Of a stretch of 64,000 bases of DNA, positions 30,590-42,070 are shown piece by piece (the stretch's first letter is position 1; the number at the start of each line of letters is the position of its first letter). The position numbers were made by a program, and so were the translations under genes. Source of the stretch: Octopus sinensis (Eukaryota); the NCBI RefSeq assembly GCF_006345805.1, contig NC_043014.1, forward strand, positions 53,506,001-53,570,000, read 5' to 3'. The notes below the pieces were generated by a model that worked only from the letters and a program-made list of their open reading frames with translations, was not told where the DNA came from and ran no database searches.

Positions 30590-31395
30590 AACGTACACCT
30601 CCAGGCCATACCTCCATGGTCTGCTGCTGCAGTGTGAATATTTGATCCCCTGAGCTGTGTCCAGGGTATAAACCACACAGCTTGGACTCAACAATATTCC
30701 TACATCTCTTCACCAAACATCCAACATATATTTTATTAGGAAGGCTTAACAAGGAGATTCTTATATAATTAGAGCAATTTCTCTTGTTTCTTGTTTGCAA
30801 AATTGGGATTATCTTTTCCAAGTACCACAGCTTAGGTGCCTTTCCAGGGATCCAGGCCACTAGACACACACAAGTCAGCCAGAGAAGATCTTTTCTGTCT
30901 AAGACCTTTAACATCCCATTCATCCGAAGGCAGGTGGGTGTAAAAGCGAGAGCCATTACTTTCAATTCAGTGTTTGTGCCTCCACTTACCTATGTTTGGG
31001 AAATGACCCAAAGAATATGATTGTGAATACATGTGGAAGACATGGGAGTCCTCTGAAAAGTCTTTGGAGTAACTAAACTTGATAGAGTGCATATTTTGAA
31101 GATCAGAGAGGTGCTCCAACTTGAGCCCCTACTTTTCCAAATTGAGAGATCACAGCTCTGATGCTATGGAGATGTGATAAGAATGTCTCAGAAAAGAATC
31201 GCTTGACAGGTTTTATGGGCACACCCAACCAACGGGAGATTCAAGGGTAGACCATGAGCAAGATGGGTGGATAACGTCCATGAACTTGGTTTGTCTTGTT
31301 TAGGGATACAGCTGGATCAATTGGAGACGACTGCGTCTGACAGGCCTCGATGGAAGACAAGCTTGAGGATTTTACCCCGACAACCCTCTCAGGAA
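30590..31395. mobile_element. RTE-like LINE fragment with an internal inversion
   Basis: Minus strand 30590-30930: NCSNYIRISLLSLPNKIY...DQIFTLQQ; plus strand 30945-31395: FVPPLTY...RSQL.CYGDVIRM...GRP..RW.D. Confidence 0.75.
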
Positions 31396-31554
31396 TAACT
31401 GAGTGAAGAAGATGAGATGAGAGGAAAGAAAGGCAGTGAAAAAGACAAGCAAAATTGATGAAATATTAATTCAGGAAAGAAATGCAATTGTAATTTTCTG
31501 ATATTTAAAACAGGAAATGAATTTCTCAAGCAAGATTTCCTCAAATATATTGCG

Positions 31555-33076
31555 TGCTGGTTAGTGAGAGCTGTGCAAGCCATGTACAGGGTCGCTGCTA
31601 GTAAGGTGAGGGTTGGCAATGAGTACTGTGAAGAATTCTGGGTAGAGGTAGGGGTCCACCAAGGTTCAGTCCTCAGCCCCCTCCTATTTATCATAGTCCT
31701 CCAGGCAATAACGGAGGAATTCAAGACAGGATGCTCCTGGGAGCTCCTATATGCTGATGACCTTGCTCTAATTGATGAGTCACTATCAGAACTGGAGGAG
31801 AAGTTTCAGGTGTTGAAGCAAGGATTACAATCGAAGGGCCTTAGAGTCAACTTTGCTAAAACCAAATTCCTAATAAGTAGGAAGGTAGACATGTCACAAA
31901 CACCTTCAGGTAGATGGCCCTGCTCGATCTGTAGAAAAGGCATACGTAGAAACTCTATAAGATTCACCAAGTGTAAGCTATGGACACGTAAGAGGTACAG
32001 CAATGTCAAAGGAAGGCTAACTAGGAAGATAGTTTTTGTATGTGGCAGATGCTCAGGGGAAATAAACACTGAAAATGCACAGAGACCAACTTCCACCACA
32101 TTCCAGGGAGAAAAACTAGAAGTAGTTGATAGCTTCCATTACCTAGGTGACCAAGTCAGTAGTGGGGTTGGGTGTGTTGAAAGTGTAACTGCTAGAGTAA
32201 GAATAGCCTGGGCAAAGTTCAGAGAGCTCTTACCTCTGCTGGTGACAAAAGGCCTCTCGCTCAGAGTAAAAGGCAGACTGTATGACGCATGTGTACAAAC
32301 AACCATGCTACATGGCAGTGAAACATGGGCCGTGACTGCTGAGGATATGTGTAAGCTCGCAAGAAATGAAGCCAGTATGCTCCGATGGATGTGTAATGTC
32401 AGTGTTCATACTCGACAGAGTGTAAGTACCTCGAGAGAAAAGTTGGACCTAAGAAGTATCAGTTGTGGTGTGCAAGAGAGACGTTTGCACTGGTATGGTC
32501 ATGTGGCAAGAATGAATGAAGACAGTTGTGTGAAAAAGTGTCACACCCTAGTGGTCGAGGGAACCTGTGGAAGAGGTAGACACAGGAAAATCTGGGACGA
32601 GGTGGTGAAGCACAACCTTCGAACTTTAGGTCTCACCGAGGAAATGACTAGAGACCAAGACCTTTGGAAGTATGCTGTGCGTGAGAAGACCTGGGATGTA
32701 ACTCATCCACTTATGCATACCTTTCCTTCCAGGGACACAAACCTCTACTTGTGAAGACCTGTTGAGGCAAGTGAAAATCAAAATCAAAATCGATCAACAT
32801 CAATGGAAATTGTAGCTGTGATACCAGTGCTGGTGGCACATAAGAGAACCATCCGATCATGGTCGTTGCCACCTCATCTGGTACCTGTGCCGGTGGCATG
32901 TAAAAAACACCCACTACACTCATGGAGTGGTTGGCGTTAGGAAGGGCATACAGCTGTAGAAACATTGCCAGATCAGACTGGGCCTGGTGCAGCCTTCTGA
33001 CTTCCCAGACCCAGCTGAACCGTCCAACCCATGCTAGCATGGAAAGCGGATGCTAAACGATGATGATGATGATGAT
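31555..33076 (+). mobile_element. 5'-truncated RTE LINE with a 396-aa open RT C-terminal half, 3' UTR and (GAT)n tail
   Basis: GVHQGSVLSPLLF, LLYADDLAL, FHYLG, RRLHWYGHVARM; ends gctaaacgatgatgatgat. Confidence 0.95.
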
Positions 33077-33204
33077 ACTAGTTAAAAATACAAATGGATG
33101 GAAATAACAGTCAACTTATGCACATATACTGTTAAAAACAAGGTCAAAGAACATAATGGAAATGAAGAATTTTAAATCTTAATTCTGATATATTCATTTA
33201 TATA

Positions 33205-34640
33205 TCATCATCATTTAACATTTGTTTTCCATGCTGGCATGAGTTTGACAATTTGACTGGAGCCGGTAAGGCCAGACTCTATTAACAATTCTGGCATGGT
33301 TTCTATGGCTGGATGCCCTTTCTAATGCCAACCACTTTACAGTGTGTAGTGGGTGCTTTTTATGTAGCATCAGCACCAGTGATTTTGACATGGCACCAGC
33401 ACCAGTATCAATTCTGCTGTGGTGGACAGGTCTTCTTGAGTAGAGCAAAGAGCCAGATATCTCAGTCCTTTGTCATCTCTTTGTTAAGGATCAGTGTCTT
33501 CTAATATTTCATTCATGTCTTCCTGGGTCTCCCTCTTCTACAAGCTCCATCCACTCTAAGTGACCAGCACTCCTCTCTTGCTCACTGCATCTAATTCCTC
33601 TTATGCCCAACTTTTCCCTCAATATCCCAGTGCTCTATTGCACATGTGTACACTTACATTGCACAACCGGTGGAGCATACCAGCTTCACTCCTCTCTAGC
33701 CTTTGCATGCCATCTACATTCAGAGCCCATGTAGCACTACCATGTAGCGTTGCTGTTCCTATACGTGCATCATAAATCTTTCTTTCACTCAGAGAAGAGA
33801 GAGAGAGAGACCTTTGTTTGCCAACAGACGTAAGAGCTCTCTGAATTTTCTCCATCCATCATTCTAGTGATTACATTTTCAGTGCATCCTCCCCTACAGA
33901 TAATTAGGTCCCCCAAGTAGAAGAAATTATTCACTACTTCCAAAGAGCCCCTAGGCCATTTAAGAGAGTCAATTCCCTGAGCATCTCTAGTTTTTATGGT
34001 TCCTGTGCATCTTCCACATATGGACCTTCTCTGATAATCTTCCTATTATTCTACAGCACCTCTTGTACATCCACTGAACGTACTGGGTACAGCTGTATAG
34101 AATTCCTGCTTACACCTATCATACATATAATACAGGGCCATTTACCCGATGGTCTTGTCTGTTTTCTTGCTTACTAGAACCTTAGTCTTTGCTAAGTTAA
34201 CCTTAAGGCCCTTTGATTCCAGGTTTTGCTTCTACATCTGGAATTTCTATTCTAGTTTTCTTACAGAATCTGCTATAAGAGCAAGATCATCAACATATAA
34301 CAGTTTCCAGGGTCAGCTGGTCTTGAATTCCTCTGTTATGGCTTGGAGGATGATGATGAATAGGAGGGGACTGAACCCTGATCAATGCCTACCTATTCAC
34401 TAGATTCATCACCACACTGACAGCAAGCTCTCACTCCTGCACATGGCTTGTATGGCTTTCACAAGCCACTTGTCTATCCTTGGCCCCCTCAGAACCCACC
34501 ACATCACTGTAGAGTACTCTGCCAAATGCTTTCTCTGAGTAAACAAACACCAAGTACAATGGTTTATTCTTCGCCAAATACTTCTCCTGCAGTTGTCTGA
34601 CCATAAAGACACTGTCAGTAGTGCTTCCCCCTGGCATGCC
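33205..34640 (-). mobile_element. Second, more decayed RTE copy, tail-to-tail with the previous one
   Basis: (CAT)n tail at ~33205; VRQLQEKYLAKNKPLYLVF, LHGSATWAL on the minus strand. Confidence 0.85.
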
Positions 34641-34699
34641 TGCGTGTAAGTACGTATGTTTTCTCTTTCTCTTTAAATTTAGAGTAAATATTGATTGAA

Positions 34700-35620
34700 T
34701 TTGTACCAAGGTTGCGAAGAAGGGTCTTGATTTAATTGTCGTTCTTTAAATCTTCAGAAGGTCTTGCAGATCTTTATAGTTCCAGATATCGTGACCATTT
34801 GTAGCAGATGAATTAAAGATTTGCATTCTCTTCATAAGATCCCAAGTTCAGACATACTTGACTCCAGATGGGTCGGTATGTATCCTGTTGTTCCAATAAT
34901 AATAGGCATGAAGTTGAAAGTGGATCTTAAGTACTGGATTTGCAAACTCCTTATCAATGATCCATACCTGTCTTCTTTCTCTTGCATCCAAGCACATTGG
35001 TGTCCAGAGGGGAACTGATTGCCACAACAAGTCACATCTTTTCTTTGCAGTCCCATTCAACAATATCTGGCTGGTTGTCTTTTAATTTGGTGCCTATTTC
35101 AATTTTCAAGTTCCACCAATATTCTTTTGTTCCATTGGTCTCAAATATGGTCAACTTCGTTTGTAGGCATTCTCATTTTTGTCATCCTGTTCCAGACCGT
35201 TCTGGTCACCGTATCCTGTCTCAAGGGAAGATAATACCTGCAAGACATTCTCTCACAGTTGGCAATAATGTGGCTGATGTCTTCAGTCTTGCTCTTGCAC
35301 AGCCTACATTTGTTGTCTGTCAATGTTTTTTGGCTTTTTATGTCAGGGGCAGACCCAAGGGAGGGGGAAGGGGCTGAGGAGCACATGCTTCCTTCAAGAA
35401 ATGAAGTGAACCCTTCTAAATAATGTTATTATGCCCTTTTCTCCTGGAATTGTATTCCCTTCTGACCTTGTGCCCTCCCTTCAAAAAATTCATGGGACTG
35501 GCCCTGTATGTTGTAGGTAATTGGTGGGGATCTCTTCTTCTTGGATTGCATGGATGTAGCCTTCAAAGTGGGATGTCCAACTTGTCCATGCCAAGCTGTT
35601 GACATGATCAGAATTTGCTT
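34700..35620 (-). mobile_element. R4/Dong-like RLE non-LTR retrotransposon 3' fragment, interrupted by a ~160-bp MITE (~35343-35505)
   Basis: SHFEGYIHAIQEEEI, CCHC knuckle KCRLCKSKTEDISHIIANC, PIIIGTTGYIP (restriction-like endonuclease tail); MITE ends caggggcagaccca / tgggactggccctg. Confidence 0.82.
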
Positions 35621-35639
35621 CTATTAAATTTATTTAACA

Positions 35640-38000
35640 TTTAGCAAGGAAGAGGATGTAAGCCAAATGATGCTTCTCGGCCTTTTTTTTTTTTGCTTGT
35701 ATGGTGGGTGCGGTGATTCTATCTTAAAACTCCCTGGCTTCAAAAACATGGTTACTGTATGGGCTGTCCAGTTAAATATTTCTTTAAAGAATGCTAAATT
35801 TAAAATCCTTTTGGTTACACAATTTTCAAGGTTCTTACAGATAAAAGGGTGAGGTACGACCCTGTACTTATGGTGGTTCGGTTTCCTAAAAGGATCATAC
35901 TTAGATCAAGTATGACATGTAGGAACTGAATTCTTGTTGGGTTAGCTTCAAAAGTAATCTTCAAGCTGAAGGACCTGAATGTCTGGATAAGATCTTTTCA
36001 TAGCCTGATTAATGAAAGTACATTTATTGGTCTAGGACAGCCAAAACATCGTCTCTGCACTAACCAAAGCTGAACAAATAACCATACAAGATTAAAGCTG
36101 TCTCTACAATCAAATGGTCTTATGCTCATACCTAAGGATCTGCCTGGGTTTGGATCTTTTAACTAACACAGAGTAAAAGAGGATGGTCTTTCTAGCATGG
36201 AACATCACTTCTGTGCCACTGTTACTAATCATATTGTGTGATCTGGCAAAATTTAGTGTCTTAGTAATTCTTTAGACATCAATGGTTAAAAGTCCATTTT
36301 GTTAAATTGGATGAACCTTGCATTGTTTTTATTTCTTACATTCTTGAAAGCAGGCAATGAACTCACAAGTATTGCAAGAGATTGGCAGCTATTCTTTTGT
36401 CAAAGTACATCCTTAGAAATGAAACTGATTTTTGCTGGGTTTATTTGCCAATGCTTTGGATTGGATGCAAAGTTACTTTCATGATCCTTAATCATGACAA
36501 AGGCATTGCACTTAGCTAGTGGCTCTTTAACCTAATCATCAATACTTCATTTTATTCCTTTGTTTATAAGTTTCCAATGCTATGGTTTCCAATGCTATGG
36601 TTTCTTGATTCGACGGTCATTCGGAATGCTCACAGCAGCAATATTCCTACCACTCTATGTCACGCTGGTGAGACCCATATTGGAATATGGGATTCAAGCC
36701 TCTTCTCTTTATCTCCTCAAAGACATACAGCATCTTGAAAGAGTCCAGAAGCTGGCTACCCGCATGGTTCATGGTCTCAAAAATTTGTCCTATGAAGAAA
36801 GGCTGAGGACGCTCGACCTTTATTCTCTAGAAAAACGCCGCCGCCGTGGTGATCTCATTCTCGCCCACAGCATCATAAGCAGAAAGTGTAACCTCTTGAA
36901 AGAGCTGTTCTTCACTCCTGCTCCAGAGCGTCAGCTGCGGGATCATTCTGAAAAGCTCTACCTGCGACGATTTCATCTCAATCGAAGGAGAGGAGCTTTC
37001 TCCGTCCGGGTTGCGGATCCGTGGAACAAGCTGCCAGACGAGATGGTGAAGATGCCGACGACCGCTTTGTTCAAAGCCTCCCTTGACCTCAAGTGGCCCG
37101 AACTCTTTACATGAACACCACCCTGTACTTAACTCCATGTCCCCCTACATGGCCTTGCTATTTGCTTTTGAGCCAAATTAACTAACTAACTAACTAACCT
37201 TGGGAACGTATCACACCATGACATTTAGTGTAATTCTGTCATTTAGGAATTACTCATAGAATCTGTGATCCCCTTTGTTGAAGTTCTCTGTTTTGTCTGA
37301 AAATAATTGGACTTTTTGAACTCCAAGCTAATCTCTGAACCATCAGAGGATTGATGAAGTTCGAGGTTTCATTTCAGACTTGAATTTTTCTAGATTCTTG
37401 ATTTTTGACTGCTGTCCAGAGCAATACAAACATGCTTTTTATCTCATTTGCCTAACAAGATCTACTACCTTCTCAGGTAATTTTCTAGGGTCAGGGTCTC
37501 ACTCCTTCGGTGATGTGCAGTAGTTGAGGTTGTACAAATCCATGGCTAGTGTATTGTTTATTTATTTTTTGCTGGAAAAAGTGTTCAAACCACACAGATT
37601 GCACCTATATATATTACAAGCCTTGGAGAGGCCCCTTGGTATCTTATACAATATAGAAGGTGCAACTGGGGTGTGTCAATTGATTAAAGAAGTTATAAAC
37701 CCCAAAACACAGGGCAGTCAATATACAGTTGAGTTATATATTAACAATATAATCACCGACATGACATTTACTACGAGTTTCTACTCGATGTGGGGTGGCC
37801 TTCTTTAGGATTGTCTGTTAAAAGTTGTGATTCTGAATAACTTTTGACATGGAAAGCTTCTGAGTTTTATAGAGAAAAATTAACCACGCCATAGCTTCAG
37901 TTGAAATATGGTCAAAGGGAATGCACTCAGCTGGATTTACCGAAAGGGTAGTGGTTTCCCTTGGTTCTGAAAACCCTTAGTGTGTATATGGCTGTCTATA
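35640..38000 (-). mobile_element. Decayed Penelope-like element (RT, Naiad-like), split by a CR1 insertion
   Basis: Hand translation: SDKTENF (~37290), AFVMIKDHESNFASNPKHWQINPAK (36430-36520), ARFIQFNKMDF*PLMSKELL, CRDDVL (YRDD-like, ~36050), YDPFRKPN, HPFICKNL...KRILNL; the left boundary and the 37480-38000 part are less certain. Confidence 0.75.
36585..37199 (+). mobile_element. CR1-clade LINE 3' fragment with (TAAC)n tail
   Basis: LYVTLVRPILEYG...LERVQKLATRMV..L..LSYEERLRTLDLYSLEKRRRRGDLI...FSVRVADPWNKLP; tail actaactaactaactaac. Confidence 0.93.
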
Positions 38001-38259
38001 AAAGTATGAATGACAGAAGGATTGAAAGTCAAGAGAAAGAAAGTTAAAAGGAGAAAAAGAGGAGGGTAACAGGCAAGTGAAATAAGTGTTCGATGAAACG
38101 GTATCCATTCTAGCTTTCTTGGAAGATCTTATGCTAGGTGTGATAATTAAAATATATATTAAAGGATATGAGGAGTTTAGCTCACTGGTGATCTAAACCA
38201 ATAGATATGCTGAGTAAATGCTATAATTGGCCACCCAAACTTTCATACATACTCACTTT

Positions 38260-38335
38260 GTCTCTGATGATAGAATACCCAGTGTACAGACATGCAAGCC
38301 TTTCGCTTGGGATATCCCAGAAACAGCTGTAAGAC
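38260..38335 (+). ncRNA. Type I hammerhead ribozyme with palindromic stem III (Penelope type)
   Basis: gtct-CTGATGA-tagaataccca...tgggatatccca-GAA-ACAGCTGT-A^-agac; stem I gtct/agac, long imperfect stem II. Confidence 0.78.
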
Positions 38336-38415
38336 TTCAAATTGACCTTACCTTAATTAAATTATTATAAATAACTTGAGATACTTGTCCTGCTTTGATT
38401 TTTGATGTCCTTTTC

Positions 38416-38459
<44 letters not shown>

Positions 38460-39807
38460 GTATGTATCAACAATATCTGTATAAGACTCCTCCTGCTTAT
38501 GTGCCGATTCGAACTTGTGCACTTCCAACTGGTTAGGCCTGTAGATGTTGCCATTCTTCTATCACCATAAGTAGATGGAAAGACAAATGAGGCTACCATA
38601 AAGAGACACCTGTGTGGCATTGGATTCTAGTGATAAACGCTTGTAAGACACAAGTACAACTCTCTGTAATTAATACCCAACGGCAAGTCAAAGTGAGATG
38701 TTTGAAGCTGTTGGCATAAAACTACATTTTGCATCAGAATGTTCTTCTCCTAGACAACAGCTAGGGGTCCCTCATGCCAATTGGTTTATACTAATTAACC
38801 CATAGCTTGGACCCTCACAGGTGATACTACTCTGGGTCAGAGTAGATCTGGGAACAATAGTGCACACTCCTTAAAACCCTGGAACTCCTGAATCTGAGTC
38901 CCACTATTGGATGCAGTTTAAAGTCATGCCCAGGACATTTTATAGATGCTGGAATAACCTGAGCCATCAATATTGATGAAGTTATTGTGGAAAAAGTTAT
39001 CCAATAAAAATTGATAAAAAGAGGAAGAGGAAGTAAATAAAAATGTCAAAGTAACAGGAAGACCCAGGACCTTATATTTATCAATCCCAAAATACTATGT
39101 AGGTATAATTCACTGGAGAAGTTCATGAAGAATAACATTTCTTGTGCAGAAATGAGGAGGAACCGATACATCTTGGCCTTCTGAATTTTCAGTCTGTAAT
39201 TTCAAAAAGTTCCTAACCCCAACCTTAACCCAGATCAAGTCATTTCACAACATAGATTAGAAATACTGCAATAAACGGCAGGCTATCAAGTAGCATCGAA
39301 ATTTCTTATTACTGTTGCAATGCAGGACAAATAATCTGTATTTCATCATCATCATTGTTTTACTGTCCGTTTTCCATGCTGGCATGGGTTGGACGGTTTG
39401 ACTGAGGGCTGGTAAGCCAGGAGGCTGCACCAGGCTCCAATTTGATCTGGCAAGGTTTCTGCAGATGGATGCCCTTCCTAATGCCAACCACTCCAAGAGT
39501 GTATAAAACATTATGAGACAATGAAGATAGCAGAATCAATTTCCAACAACAACAACAACAACAAAAAAAAATAAATAGAACAACTGCAGCAAGTAAGTGG
39601 GAACCTAATTTGGAAACTTAGAGAGAAAGATTTTTCTTGGTCTTTGGGGAAGAAAAAAATCAAATCAAACTTAACATGTCCTTGTTCTATAACATGGCAG
39701 CAACTTACCTCAAAAGAACTGCTCAAGCTATAATAATGATGAAAAAATCTCTTATGAAGGTTGCGATGCATGGCAAGTGATTAAAATTTATGAATATTAA
39801 AAGATTA

Positions 39808-40185
39808 GAGTAAAGATAGTTTACCAACATAACATGGTAGTCCTGGTTTAGGATAAATGTAATTTAGCCCCAGGAGACATTGTCTCCAGCCGGCTATACA
39901 ATACAATCTGTGTCCTTATATTTTCGAACAAGGGAATCTAGCACCCCCACTCAGCTCAAAACAATATCTGTGTATTGCGATTTCCGGGTTATTTCCCTTC
40001 ATCAGCATAGAATAATTGTTTGGCTAGAGGTGGCGCTGCCAAATTCCTGTTCAAAATATTAGTTTTCAAAGTGACAATTAGTCACTGATCTAAAAATTAG
40101 AAAATTACTATTCCTGGGGCTAAATTACAGTAACATTCATCCTAAAACAGGACTGCCATGTTATGTTGGCAAACAATCTGTACTC
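39808..40185 (-). mobile_element. Fold-back element (~70-bp inverted arms) with an internal hammerhead motif at 39967-40011(-)
   Basis: Arms 39808-39875 and 40112-40185; the minus strand reads tctatg-CTGATGA-aggg aaataa cccg-GAAAT-cgca-ATA-cacaga. Confidence 0.72.
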
Positions 40186-40532
40186 CAAAGTACTGCTGCT
40201 GAATATCTCTTGTTGTGAGATTTACAAATAGTAATTAAAACATTAGTTAAGTGTTAAGAAAGTAGAATGAACTTTCAAATACAACAGACAAACAGAACAA
40301 CTAAATAAAGATGGTGCTGCAGTAAGAAAAGAGAAAGGCTGTTGGTTAAAAACCGAAAAGTTCAAACTGTTTCATTAAGCATTGAGAGGTAAAGAATAAG
40401 CAAAACGATTCCAGCTTGTGTTGGTCGATTTAGAAAGATCTTATAAAATGGAACAAACTCAACTGCTTCAAATGCCAAAGGGTTACTCGCAAAAAAAGTA
40501 TACATACAAAGACATGTACCATATTATATCAC

Positions 40533-40797
40533 GTGACCGACCAGGTTATCAGATGTTGTTACACATCGCTGGTCACAATGCGTTCACATTGTTTTAGCCT
40601 TCGAATGACGCCACCCCGCTGGCTATGCGAGCAGGCCAACAGAAGGAAGAGTGGGAGAAAGAGTACAGCAGGAATCACCACCCCCTGCCGTAGCCTCGTG
40701 GAGCTTTTTAGGTGTTTTCGTTCAATAAACACTCACAACGCCCGGTCTGGGAATTGAAACCATGATCCTACAACCGCGAGTCCACTGCCCTAACCAC
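40533..40797 (-). mobile_element. tRNA-derived SINE (fourth family)
   Basis: ggtggttagggcagtggactcgc...ggtttcaattccc A/B-box-like head on the minus strand. Confidence 0.6.
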
Positions 40798-40969
40798 CAT
40801 ATTATATATATATAATATATATATGTTTACAAAAAATTATTTGATGCAGTCACAATACTTAAAGAAAGCTTTTGTTATTAAAGTTTTTAACTATTTAAAA
40901 GAAGTCATTAAATATTTTTTAAAACAGTTAATAACTTGAAAAAACTTTCTTCATAATATATATATATAT

Positions 40970-41051
<82 letters not shown>

Positions 41052-41799
41052 ATTTTGTTTTTTAAATAGTTAAATACACACACATAGAGGCATGGATGTG
41101 TGGTTATACAACAACACCTGCATGGTTTCATATTTGATAACCCCTTTTGAGTACCTTGGACGGGTGTCTTATACTATGGCCTCAGGCTGACTGCTACATT
41201 GGAGGTGACATTGGAAGTAGGCTGCACAGCAGCTTATTGTGTGTGTGTGTTTGCTTCCATGTGCCTTTGTATTGACACTGGATTAACCATTAAGCAAAAT
41301 AAGCACGTGTTTAGGGCATCAAGGGAAGTAGGGGGCACCACAGAAATGGTAAATGGTTTATGGCACAAATGAAATCACTTTAAACATGCTTAAATAATAT
41401 TCAGGATGCCTTTATTTCTACTAAGAATAGATGCAGATGTGTTACCTTAGATTAATTTTGAGGATCTGATGAAAGACTTTGCAATTCAAAAAAGTAGGAG
41501 GAAACTTTTTCAAATATAAATAAAGTGGAAGTATACAAAAATAAACATTATTTCCCCTCTTACTGTTTTGTTTCGTTTTGAAAAATAAAGATTTATTTTA
41601 TGGCTTGTTATTGTTTGTATTTGGAATTACATAATCATTTATGGGGGCACCAAAATCTTTTAAGTGCCCAGGACCACGCTAGGTCTCAGTCCGGCCCTGT
41701 TGACAGCAGCGATGTTGTTCATGTCTCCCTTAAATAAAAACATATGAAGAGGTTAAATAAAATATCTTCCTTGTACATGAATATGTGTTGGTGTTAGGA

Positions 41800-42070
41800 G
41801 GTGCGTCTGGCTGTAGATTACTTCCGAAATTACCGTAGAAAGAGCGGACATAAAAGAGAAGAAAAAAAAAATCAGAGGTAAACGTAAACATCTTTTATTA
41901 TTTCGACGCAAATTGCTTGCAGTTGGTAATAACTGACGTCACATGGGAGGAAATTTTTGCGAAGCCTCCAGAAGTAGCCTCCCTTGATCTCATTAGCACT
42001 TGCACTGTTACGAGCGAACCAAGCGAAGTATTGCAGATGGAAGGTGATTGTCAAGAAAGGAAGATTAGCG
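41800..42070. promoter_or_regulatory. Candidate cis-regulatory or promoter patch
   Basis: Unique, relatively CpG-rich stretch with ETS-like cttccg (41821), Fox-like gtaaaca (41884) and palindromic CRE TGACGTCA (41934-41941); no transcript evidence. Confidence 0.3.

Noticed and set aside
31564-32754. 396-aa ORF as a host gene
   Set aside because: It is the C-terminal half of an RTE reverse transcriptase with a LINE 3' tail.
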